From Candidatus Heimdallarchaeota archaeon (GTDB lineage: Archaea > Asgardarchaeota > Heimdallarchaeia > Heimdallarchaeales > Heimdallarchaeaceae), in NCBI GenBank assembly GCA_030668875.1, contig DAOVER010000019.1:26651-58650 (forward strand): DNA of 32,000 nt, given 5' to 3'. Shown piece after piece: positions 16,226 to 24,013 of this stretch. Position 1 is the stretch's first letter, and the number at the start of each line of letters is the position of its first letter. The notes under the pieces were generated by a model. It was not told the origin of the DNA, did not search any database, and saw only the letters and a list, made by a program, of their open reading frames with translations. A program made the position numbers and the translations under genes.

Positions 16226-18565
16226 ATGTTTGCTCCCTTTACAAAACGGCATGATACGGCATTTAAAAGTGCTATAGTGATTGACCTCATTAATAAATTA
16301 AAAGAGGAGAAGGAAAAAAATATCAAATCCTTTTCAAAGCACTGTCTTAATTATGCTTTGAACAATAAAGTTGATGACAATCTAAGAAATCTTTCAGTTG
16401 ATGTTGCAATTTGTAATAGAGATTTCAAATCAGTACTGACTTTAACTGAATCTTACTCAAGGACAGAATATTATATTTATAGGGCTTACGCATTCTCCAG
16501 ATTAGACGAAATTAATAAGATTGTTAGTTTGAAATTAAGATTTCAACAGAAATATACAAACGCTTTAGATAGTCCACGAAATGCATTTATTATAACAAGC
16601 ATGGAATTCCTCCTCCTCTATGGAGAGCAGAATTATTCAATGGCCATAGCCACAATCGAGGAATTAGAAGAATTAATATCTAAATATCCAGAGGAACTAG
16701 ATGGGAAGTTATTTACTTCTTTGATTTTAACTCTAGCTTGTCAAACCTATTTACGTGTTCATAATTTTAGTAAAGTAGATGAAGTTGCGAGAAAAATTTT
16801 GAGCTATGCAGTTGAACAAAATGATCCTTATTTCCAATCAGTTGCGTTGAACCTGATTACAACTGTCCTTATTAATAATGGAGAGTTTCGGAAAGCTCAA
16901 CGGATGTTATCTGCTGCGATTCTTCCGACTGAAGAGACAGGTTTGGATGCAGATAGAGCCAGTTTACTAAATAACTCTGCAAATCTTGAACTAGCTAAAG
17001 GAGACTATAAGAAAACGGTGAAACTCTTACAACAAATCTATGTTTTAATTGCTAATAGTCCTCACGCTCAAGCTATAAGTGCGGTTAATATTGCTGAGCT
17101 TCATATATTACTGAACAATATGGAAGAAGCTGAAAAAATGCTTGAGGAAGCAATCAATATTGAAACCTTTCATAGTTTTAATCTGATTGAACCTTATCTG
17201 TTATCATCTTGGATTTGTACCAAGAAGCAGAAATACAAGGAAGCTCAGGAATACCTGGATATAAGTAAAAGAACACTAGAAGAAACAGGAGAGCTAAGAA
17301 AGAAACCAAATATTCTCTATTTTCAAGGAAGGTTGGATTATGAGAAAAAGAACTTAGATGATGCTTTAGAATCTTTTGAGTTAGCAAACAAAGCAGCTGA
17401 AGAACTACAAAACATCGAATTTATGATCAAATCTCAATTTCAGTTAGCCAAGCTGTATCTAGAAAGGTTTAACGAAACCAAGGAATTATCCAATTATTCC
17501 TCAGTATTAAATTATATTAATAATCTGACATTCTTGTCAGAGGAACAATTTCTTCCCAGATTAATGTGTGATTTACACATCTTGAAAGGGAGACTTCTTG
17601 CACAAGTAGGTAAAAGAACTAAGGCTGTTGGGGACATTCTAATAGCTTTAGAAATTGCAGAACGATTCAGATATCGATCTCTTCAACATGATATAAAAGA
17701 ACTACTTCGTGAGGTTGAAAGTGATAAATCTGATGAGGATGAAGATATCAAAACATTAATGGATAGGGGGATATTTGAAACCGATAAAATTTCAGAAATT
17801 TTGCAGAAATATGAAGGTTTTAAGTTTGTTAAATCTCCCAAAAAGGTTGACTCTAGGCTGCAATGTGTAGCTTTAGTGGAAAAAGATTCAGGAGTGATAA
17901 AATATCGTTATGCTACTAAATATGAACAAGATAATTCTGCATCAATTGTACCATCTTTAGTTGCAGCAATTAACATGTTTTCTTCATTGGTGTTTGATGA
18001 GGATATTTTATTTGAAGAATTAAAAGAAGAAGACAGAGAACTCCTAATTAAGCACTTACACCCCTATTTACTAGTTATAATCACAGATCGAATAACGTAC
18101 AATCTGAAAATTAAATTTGAAAGATACGCTGAAGAGATTAGGAAGGTTTTACCTAGTTTAGGAACTTTAAATTTCGGTAAGTCACAGATTGAAAAACTTG
18201 ATTCCATCACAAACATATACTTCCTTGAGAAAACAAGAATTAAGAGTGAAAAAGAAGAGAAGAAGAAAAAGATTACAATAGTGGAAAAGAAGCCAGAACT
18301 TAAAGAAAAGCAGATTCAAGAGGAAGAAGAGAAAAAATCTAAAAAAGTTCCTTCATCAATCATAGATATATCTGACGAAAAAAAAGAAAAAGAAGAACAA
18401 CAGGAAATTGAAGTTTCAAAAAAAGAAGAAGGAATTTCTAAAGAAAAAGAATCGTCAGAAAAACCAGAACAAGATAGTATGATGGAAGAATTAGAAAAAG
18501 CTGTTGAAGAAGTTGAAACAGAGTTTAGCGAGAAAAGTGATGAACTCAAACCAGAAGGAAGTTAA
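16226..18565 (+). CDS. Large TPR-repeat protein with C-terminal longin-like domain and Glu/Lys-rich tail
   Basis: Repeated helical TPR-like units (ALNLITTVLINNGEFRKAQRML, LLNNSANLELAKGDYKKTVKLL, FQGRLDYEKKNLDDALESFELA). Segment QCVALVEKDSG...SLVAAINMFSSLV...LLVIITD has the longin beta-beta-alpha-beta-beta-beta-alpha pattern. Low-complexity acidic tail from about 18241. Confidence 0.75.
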   Translation: MFAPFTKRHDTAFKSAIVIDLINKLKEEKEKNIKSFSKHCLNYALNNKVDDNLRNLSVDVAICNRDFKSVLTLTESYSRTEYYIYRAYAFSRLDEINKIVSLKLRFQQKYTNALDSPRNAFIITSMEFLLLYGEQNYSMAIATIEELEELISKYPEELDGKLFTSLILTLACQTYLRVHNFSKVDEVARKILSYAVEQNDPYFQSVALNLITTVLINNGEFRKAQRMLSAAILPTEETGLDADRASLLNNSANLELAKGDYKKTVKLLQQIYVLIANSPHAQAISAVNIAELHILLNNMEEAEKMLEEAINIETFHSFNLIEPYLLSSWICTKKQKYKEAQEYLDISKRTLEETGELRKKPNILYFQGRLDYEKKNLDDALESFELANKAAEELQNIEFMIKSQFQLAKLYLERFNETKELSNYSSVLNYINNLTFLSEEQFLPRLMCDLHILKGRLLAQVGKRTKAVGDILIALEIAERFRYRSLQHDIKELLREVESDKSDEDEDIKTLMDRGIFETDKISEILQKYEGFKFVKSPKKVDSRLQCVALVEKDSGVIKYRYATKYEQDNSASIVPSLVAAINMFSSLVFDEDILFEELKEEDRELLIKHLHPYLLVIITDRITYNLKIKFERYAEEIRKVLPSLGTLNFGKSQIEKLDSITNIYFLEKTRIKSEKEEKKKKITIVEKKPELKEKQIQEEEEKKSKKVPSSIIDISDEKKEKEEQQEIEVSKKEEGISKEKESSEKPEQDSMMEELEKAVEEVETEFSEKSDELKPEGS

Positions 18566-18658
18566 TGGAAATTTATAAGAATTCTCGTATTTTATGTAAT
18601 TAGGTAAAATATAAATATGTATCAGAAGAGTAATAGCTAAAAACATAGAGGAATAAAA

Positions 18659-18826
18659 ATGAGTGGAAAATGGCAGTGCCTTTTATGCGGTTGGATATAT
18701 GATCCAGCAAAAGGAGACCCTGAAGAAGGTATTGAACCTGGAACTAAGTGGGAAGATGTGCCTGATGATTGGGTATGTCCCGAGTGTGGAGCAACTAAAG
18801 ACGATTTTGAACCTTATGAAGAATAA
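18659..18826 (+). CDS. Rubredoxin (55 aa), missed by the ORF track
   Basis: My translation: [55 protein letters not shown]. Classic CxxCG...WxCPxCG, with GAGGA upstream. Confidence 0.97.
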   Translation: MSGKWQCLLCGWIYDPAKGDPEEGIEPGTKWEDVPDDWVCPECGATKDDFEPYEE

Positions 18827-18829
18827 GAG

Positions 18830-18877
18830 TTACTCTCTTTCTTCTTCTTTCTTCGTTTTTTTTTCTTATTTTCTTCT
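18830..18877 (+). terminator. Pyrimidine/T-rich tract after rubredoxin, probable archaeal-type terminator
   Basis: Nearly pure C/T run including a T9 stretch immediately after the stop codon. Confidence 0.45.
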
Positions 18878-18923
18878 GAATTTAACTACATACCATTATA
18901 AATGTCTCAACAGAGTTATTTTC

Positions 18924-19211
18924 ATGAGTGTGGGTTCCCTTCCTAGACGGAGTTATATTTTTGAACATGTCAAACTCTTTCTAATTTTCATCATTTTCTC
19001 TTCTGGGTTCTTTTTCTATCTCTATTTGATTATTGAATATGAGCTTCGCAACTGGGCTGATTTCTTATTCTTTGTTCTAATAGGCCTTATGCTAACTATT
19101 CGCCAGATTGTAAAATTCTATAAAAAAAGAAGATACTTCTCTAATTTCATTGATTATTCTAAATATGTTGATGATTTAATCCTAACCGACAACTCAACAC
19201 AAAATAAATAA
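18924..19211 (+). CDS. Small two-TM membrane protein (95 aa), paralog of the next gene
   Basis: ATG 18924 starts MSVGSLPRRSYIFEHVK. The track's extension to 18663 overlaps rubredoxin and is spurious. Two hydrophobic helices followed by KKRR. Confidence 0.7.
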   Translation: MSVGSLPRRSYIFEHVKLFLIFIIFSSGFFFYLYLIIEYELRNWADFLFFVLIGLMLTIRQIVKFYKKRRYFSNFIDYSKYVDDLILTDNSTQNK

Positions 19212-19233
19212 GTGCACTTAGTATTATAATTCT

Positions 19234-19662
19234 GTGTCCAGTCCTCTTCCCTTCCAAAAAGTGTATAGATTTGAAATTATCAAATTTATCCTTATAGTTT
19301 CTCCAATTATTGCAGGATGTATCATTTTTGCAGTTTTTGTTCCTATATCGGAAAAATTGAGCTGGACTGATTTTCTTTTCTTTGCTGTTATTTGTTTCCT
19401 TATTATCCTAAGTCAATGTGTTTCATTCTTCTTTAAGAGGAGAAGAATTAAGGAGATGCAAGATACTCTAGGGGTGATTACTTCTAAGATAACAGATTTT
19501 ACACCTAGTACCTTTACAACAGCTAAATCTTCAGCTCCAAAAGAAGCAGTTAAAATTGATGAATTTGCTGTTGCTTATTGTCCTACTTGCGGAAAAAGCT
19601 TTACTAAGAAATACAAATTCTGCCCTAGCTGCGGATCTTGTAAAATTAAAGGCATGTTGTAG
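19234..19662 (+). CDS. Two-TM membrane protein with C-terminal zinc ribbon
   Basis: Two TM helices, KRRR, then CPTCG...YKFCPSCG. Confidence 0.8.
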   Translation: MSSPLPFQKVYRFEIIKFILIVSPIIAGCIIFAVFVPISEKLSWTDFLFFAVICFLIILSQCVSFFFKRRRIKEMQDTLGVITSKITDFTPSTFTTAKSSAPKEAVKIDEFAVAYCPTCGKSFTKKYKFCPSCGSCKIKGML

Positions 19663-19717
19663 TTTATTTGTGTTAAATAGGGGAAAAAGAAAGAGGAAGA
19701 AGAAAATATTGGTGATA

Positions 19718-21166
19718 TTAATCTAAAGTTGGTTGAGTAGACTTCATTTTATCTGCTTTAATCTGATCAACTGTTAGTTGCATCTTTTCAGCAAACTCAA
19801 CTTGTTCTTCCATCTTCTCCTTTAGTTCTTCTTGCTCTCCTTCTATATTCATTGATGCTTCTCTTTCCTGTGCTTCATCTTCAAGTTTCAGTGCTCTAAT
19901 AGTTATATATCCAATAATTCCTGCAATGAGGATAGAGCCTGATACAATGCCAAAAATAATTGCTGTTGGTATGACTCCAGCTAGAGTTGCAGCTATCGTT
20001 GCTGCAAGTAATGAAGCTGCATTTATCACTAAATCAATAACCCCACTAACTTTTCCCAGATGCTCATTTTTTACTACAGTTTGAAGAAGGGTTGAAAATG
20101 GAACATTAAAACCTACATTGACCACTCCTATAAAAGCAAATCCAACATACAACCAAACTGCTCCTCCTGGTAAATATGGTGCTCCTGCTATGAAAGCTAA
20201 ACACAAACTGGCAACCATTACAATGATTGTCATGAAGGTTAATTTCTTCTTCAGTTCACCTTTGATTGATAGGATTATAGCAGCAATAATTCCGCTTATT
20301 GCAGAAAAGCTCATAATCAATCCAAAATCTTGTTCATTCATCCCAAATTCAAAACTCATAAATGGAACTGTCAATGGATCTATGAACCCTATTAAGAAAA
20401 TTACGAATGCAAATAGAACTATCACAAAGGTAATTATTCTATCACTGAAAGATAACTTGAAACCATCCCTTAAGCCAACCATCATGCTTCTCATAGAGAC
20501 TCTTTCTTCTTTTTTAGGTGGTCTCAAATTTTTTCTAATTGAAACAATTAGTCCTGCTGAAATAAGGTAAGAAATTCCATCTATAATGAAAGCTATTTGA
20601 AAACCAAATATTGCAGTGAGAAATCCAGCCAAGAGGGGTCCAATTAATCTTGCTACATTGCTTGAAGTTTGAATAAAACTATTTGCTGTAAGTAATTGTT
20701 CCTGTTTTACTATTCTAGGTATTGATGCTGATTTTGCAGGAAAGAAGAACTGTCTGATAGACGAATTTACCAATGCAAAAATGTATAGATGCCAAATTTG
20801 TGTAGCAAAAATAAGTCCGAAGGCAGATACTGCCCCTAAGAAATCTCCGAATACCATTATTTTTTTTCTATCAAATTTGTCACTAAGAACTCCTGCTATT
20901 GGCCCCAGAAGTAGCATGGGAGCTATTGTGAATGTTGTCATTAAAGCAACGGCTTGAGTAGCTTCGTTTTCTGTTAAATGGGAAGTAAACGATAAAGCAA
21001 GGAAAATAATAGCTATGCTGGTAAAATATGATCCTAAATTGCTTATGAACCCACCTAGGAATAAAGCAGAAAAATTCCGATTTCCGAGAAGCGAAACAAA
21101 TTTAGGCTTTTTTGATACATTGACACTTACTTCAACTAGTTCATCTTGTGTTTTATCTTCACGCAT
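19718..21166 (-). CDS. MFS transporter (DHA3/macrolide-efflux-like)
   Basis: NRNFSALFLGGFISNLG, motif A GVLSDKFDRKKIM, FFPAKSASIPRIV, ANS...GPLLAG, QTVVKNEHLGKVSG. About 12 TMs and an acidic tail. Confidence 0.9.
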   Translation of the reverse strand: MREDKTQDELVEVSVNVSKKPKFVSLLGNRNFSALFLGGFISNLGSYFTSIAIIFLALSFTSHLTENEATQAVALMTTFTIAPMLLLGPIAGVLSDKFDRKKIMVFGDFLGAVSAFGLIFATQIWHLYIFALVNSSIRQFFFPAKSASIPRIVKQEQLLTANSFIQTSSNVARLIGPLLAGFLTAIFGFQIAFIIDGISYLISAGLIVSIRKNLRPPKKEERVSMRSMMVGLRDGFKLSFSDRIITFVIVLFAFVIFLIGFIDPLTVPFMSFEFGMNEQDFGLIMSFSAISGIIAAIILSIKGELKKKLTFMTIIVMVASLCLAFIAGAPYLPGGAVWLYVGFAFIGVVNVGFNVPFSTLLQTVVKNEHLGKVSGVIDLVINAASLLAATIAATLAGVIPTAIIFGIVSGSILIAGIIGYITIRALKLEDEAQEREASMNIEGEQEELKEKMEEQVEFAEKMQLTVDQIKADKMKSTQPTLD

Positions 21167-21200
21167 CTAATATTACCTTTTTCTTCTAATATAGCTTTAA

Positions 21201-21251
21201 CTGGTCACGCTATAAGAAAATAATGAGAAAAAGTGACCATTCAGTGACCAG
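21201..21251. promoter_or_regulatory. Three copies of GTGACCA (one inverted) in the MFS promoter region
   Basis: TGGTCAC 21202-08, GTGACCA 21233-39 and 21244-50, with TATAAG between them at 21211-16. Confidence 0.45.
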
Positions 21252-21536
21252 AAGGAAAGTGCTTTGCTATTAATTTTTTGAATATTCTTCTTGTTATTTA
21301 TCATGTATTTCGCAAATCAAACATTAAAGTGCTTTAAAACAGTTTTAAAATACAAAAGTTAAACTAACTCTCAAATAAGCTTCAGTCTCCAATTCTGTTG
21401 TTTTATATTATAAGTGTCTTGTTACAACATTAAGCTAAATGGTTGATACTTTCAGAAAAAATCACTGTTTTGTTTTTCAAAAACTTTAATAATTTACATT
21501 GTGCTGAATTATTGCTTCTTAACACAGTTGATGATT

Positions 21537-23345
21537 ATGGTAGAAAATAAAGAAAAACCTTGGCAACCAATTAAGGGTCAAATCATGACTAAATGGGCTG
21601 AAGAGATAGATTCTGAAATTCCTTTACCTGAATATCCAAGACCTCAGTATAGAAGGGGAAATTGGATAAATCTTAATGGTCTCTGGGATTATGCAATCAA
21701 GCAAAAAAAGGTAAAAAAAGTAAGTTTGTTTGATGGAAAGATCCTCGTTCCCTACCCCTTAGAATCAGCTTTATCAGGAGTTAAGAAGAAACTCAAAAGA
21801 AACCAAAGACTGTGGTATCGTCGTTATTTTACGATCCCTGAATCATGGGAAGGGAGAGATTTATTATTGCACTTTGGTGCAGTCGATTGGGAAACAGAAG
21901 TATGGGTGAATGGAAACCTTATTGGTTATCATACTGGAGGTTACAATCCTTTTTCTTTTGAAATATCTCATTTTTTGAATAAAGGACAACCTAATGAGTT
22001 ACTATTAGCTGTTTATGACCCTACGAATTGGGGAATGCATGAGAGAGGAAAACAAACGCTCACACCAAATGCTATATTTTATACTTCAGTTTCAGGAATT
22101 TGGCAAACTGTATGGATTGAATCCGTGAATAAAACCAGATTTTGTAGCATTAGAATGGTTCCTGATATTGATAATAAAACTCTACGTATTTCCTTATCAG
22201 GTATTAATATTCTCAATAATGATAAAATCTCTATTTCTATCAATAGCAAAAACAAAGAAATAACTTCTTATGATGGAAAATATCAAGAAACAATTGAACT
22301 CAAAATACCTAGACAAAAATTATGGACCCCTGATTCTCCTCACTTGTATGATATCACTTTTGTTCTGAAAAGAGGTAAGATTGAGTTTGATAATGTTGAA
22401 AGTTATTTTGGTATGCGTAAAATCAGCATAATTAAAGACAAGAAAAGTATTCCACGTTTAGCATTAAATAATGAACAACTCTTTCATTATGGGCCACTAG
22501 ATCAAGGTTACTGGCCAGATGGTCTCTATACTGCTCCAACAGATGAAGCTTTACTTTATGATATTCAATTTACAAAAGATCTTGGTTTCAATATGATTCG
22601 AAAACATTTGAAGGTTGAACCTGCTCGTTGGTATTATCACTGTGACAAATTAGGCATACTAACTTGGCAAGATATGCCTTGTGGTGGAAGTATAAAAGCT
22701 GGAATCATTGGTATGTTCTTAGGAAAAATCAACATCCAAGTTGGGAGATTATTCAAGTTAAATAGAGCATGTTTCTATAATGAATTAGGAGAAATGATTG
22801 AAAATCTCATGAATCATCCATCAGTTGTTGTTTGGATACCTTTTAATGAAGCTTGGGGACAATTTCAAACTAAAGAAGTAACAGAATTTATTAGATCCAT
22901 AGATAGTTCTAGACTAATTAATAGTGCTTCTGGTTGGGTTGATAAGAAGGTTGGCGATATTAAAGACATTCACGCTTATCCTGGACCCAAAATGCCCAAA
23001 ATCGAAGAAAAACGTGTTGCTGTTTTGGGTGAATTTGGTGGTTTAGGATTCATTGTAAAAAATCATATCTGGAAAGCTAAGCTTTACTGGTCTTATAAAA
23101 AGTACAAAACCAAGAAAGAACTAGTCTCCAAATATATTGACTTAATCAAGAAAACTAAGGTTTTAGTTAAACAAGGTTTATCCGCAGCTGTTTATACTCA
23201 AACTACTGATATTGAAGGTGAAATTAATGGTTTTATTACTTATGATCGTAAAAAAATCAAAATGCCAATGAAGAAAATTGCCCCCTTAAATAAAAGTTTG
23301 TACAAGAACCCCTCATTTAAGAAGAAAAAACAAGTGAAAGATTAG
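21537..23345 (+). CDS. Glycoside hydrolase family 2, no signal peptide
   Basis: WINLNGLWDY, LHFGAVDW, HTGGY, SGIWQTVW, SYFGMR, GFNMIRKH, NHPSVVVW, acid/base PFNE and nucleophile GEFGG. ATG 21537 or 21531. Confidence 0.92.
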   Translation: MVENKEKPWQPIKGQIMTKWAEEIDSEIPLPEYPRPQYRRGNWINLNGLWDYAIKQKKVKKVSLFDGKILVPYPLESALSGVKKKLKRNQRLWYRRYFTIPESWEGRDLLLHFGAVDWETEVWVNGNLIGYHTGGYNPFSFEISHFLNKGQPNELLLAVYDPTNWGMHERGKQTLTPNAIFYTSVSGIWQTVWIESVNKTRFCSIRMVPDIDNKTLRISLSGINILNNDKISISINSKNKEITSYDGKYQETIELKIPRQKLWTPDSPHLYDITFVLKRGKIEFDNVESYFGMRKISIIKDKKSIPRLALNNEQLFHYGPLDQGYWPDGLYTAPTDEALLYDIQFTKDLGFNMIRKHLKVEPARWYYHCDKLGILTWQDMPCGGSIKAGIIGMFLGKINIQVGRLFKLNRACFYNELGEMIENLMNHPSVVVWIPFNEAWGQFQTKEVTEFIRSIDSSRLINSASGWVDKKVGDIKDIHAYPGPKMPKIEEKRVAVLGEFGGLGFIVKNHIWKAKLYWSYKKYKTKKELVSKYIDLIKKTKVLVKQGLSAAVYTQTTDIEGEINGFITYDRKKIKMPMKKIAPLNKSLYKNPSFKKKKQVKD

Positions 23346-23442
23346 CCTAGAAACAGTTTCTTTCTATTCTATTTGGAATAAGTTATTTTTTGGACTAATA
23401 GCTAACTTAAAAACATCAATCCCTACTACTATATTGAGGACT

Positions 23443-23658
23443 ATGATATTAACTGTTGAATACAATATACCTGACATGCATTGTAAGAAATGTGCAGAAA
23501 AAATCTCACTTGCTCTCCAATTTACAGCTGGTGTTTCTTCCACAATTGTAAATCTAGAAAGCCTCCACGCAACAGTTCAAATCGATCCTTTAATAATAAA
23601 TGGAACTAAAATTAAAGCGATGCTTGGAGCTTTAGGATTTAATGCAATGATACTCTAA
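23443..23658 (+). CDS. Heavy-metal-associated (HMA) domain protein
   Basis: IPDMHCKKCAEKI (MxCxxC). ATG preceded by GAGGA. Confidence 0.85.
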   Translation: MILTVEYNIPDMHCKKCAEKISLALQFTAGVSSTIVNLESLHATVQIDPLIINGTKIKAMLGALGFNAMIL

Positions 23659-23755
23659 ATTTTCACTGCTATATGCTTGAAAACATGCTCTTTTTATATC
23701 AATACAAAGAAAATAGCTTTAATTTTCTTACTTCCTTAATTAACTATTAAAACTG

Positions 23756-23977
23756 ATGATAAACATGAATGAAATAAAACTGAACGTTGAAGGTATGACA
23801 TGTGGTCACTGTCAGATGTCCGTGAAAAAAGCTCTTGAAAATGTTAAAGGTGTTAAATCAGCTGTTGTTGATTTAGAAAAAAAATCTGCTGTTGTAAATT
23901 ATAAATCTGATAAAGTAACTGAAGAAAGTCTTGTTCAAGCAGTTGTTAACGCTGGTTACAAAGCAGAAATTTTGTGA
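23756..23977 (+). CDS. copZ: Copper chaperone CopZ
   Basis: LNVEGMTCGHCQMSVKKAL...AVVNAGY. Alternative ATG at 23765. Confidence 0.92.
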   Translation: MINMNEIKLNVEGMTCGHCQMSVKKALENVKGVKSAVVDLEKKSAVVNYKSDKVTEESLVQAVVNAGYKAEIL

Positions 23978-24013
23978 AAGATTAGAACTCCTTAATCTAG
24001 TTGTAAATGAGGG

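Noticed and set aside
18241-18560. Tandem repeat or CRISPR-like array
   Set aside because: GAA/AAA-rich low complexity encoding the Glu/Lys tail; no fixed repeat unit or spacers.
18663-18923. N-terminal half of the track's 182-aa ORF
   Set aside because: It overlaps rubredoxin in another frame and crosses the T-rich terminator. Similarity to the neighbouring paralogue begins only at ATG 18924.
23349-23361. Palindrome AGAAAC-A-GTTTCT as a copper operator
   Set aside because: Short, AT-rich, immediately after the GH2 stop and not repeated; chance or terminator-related is as likely.
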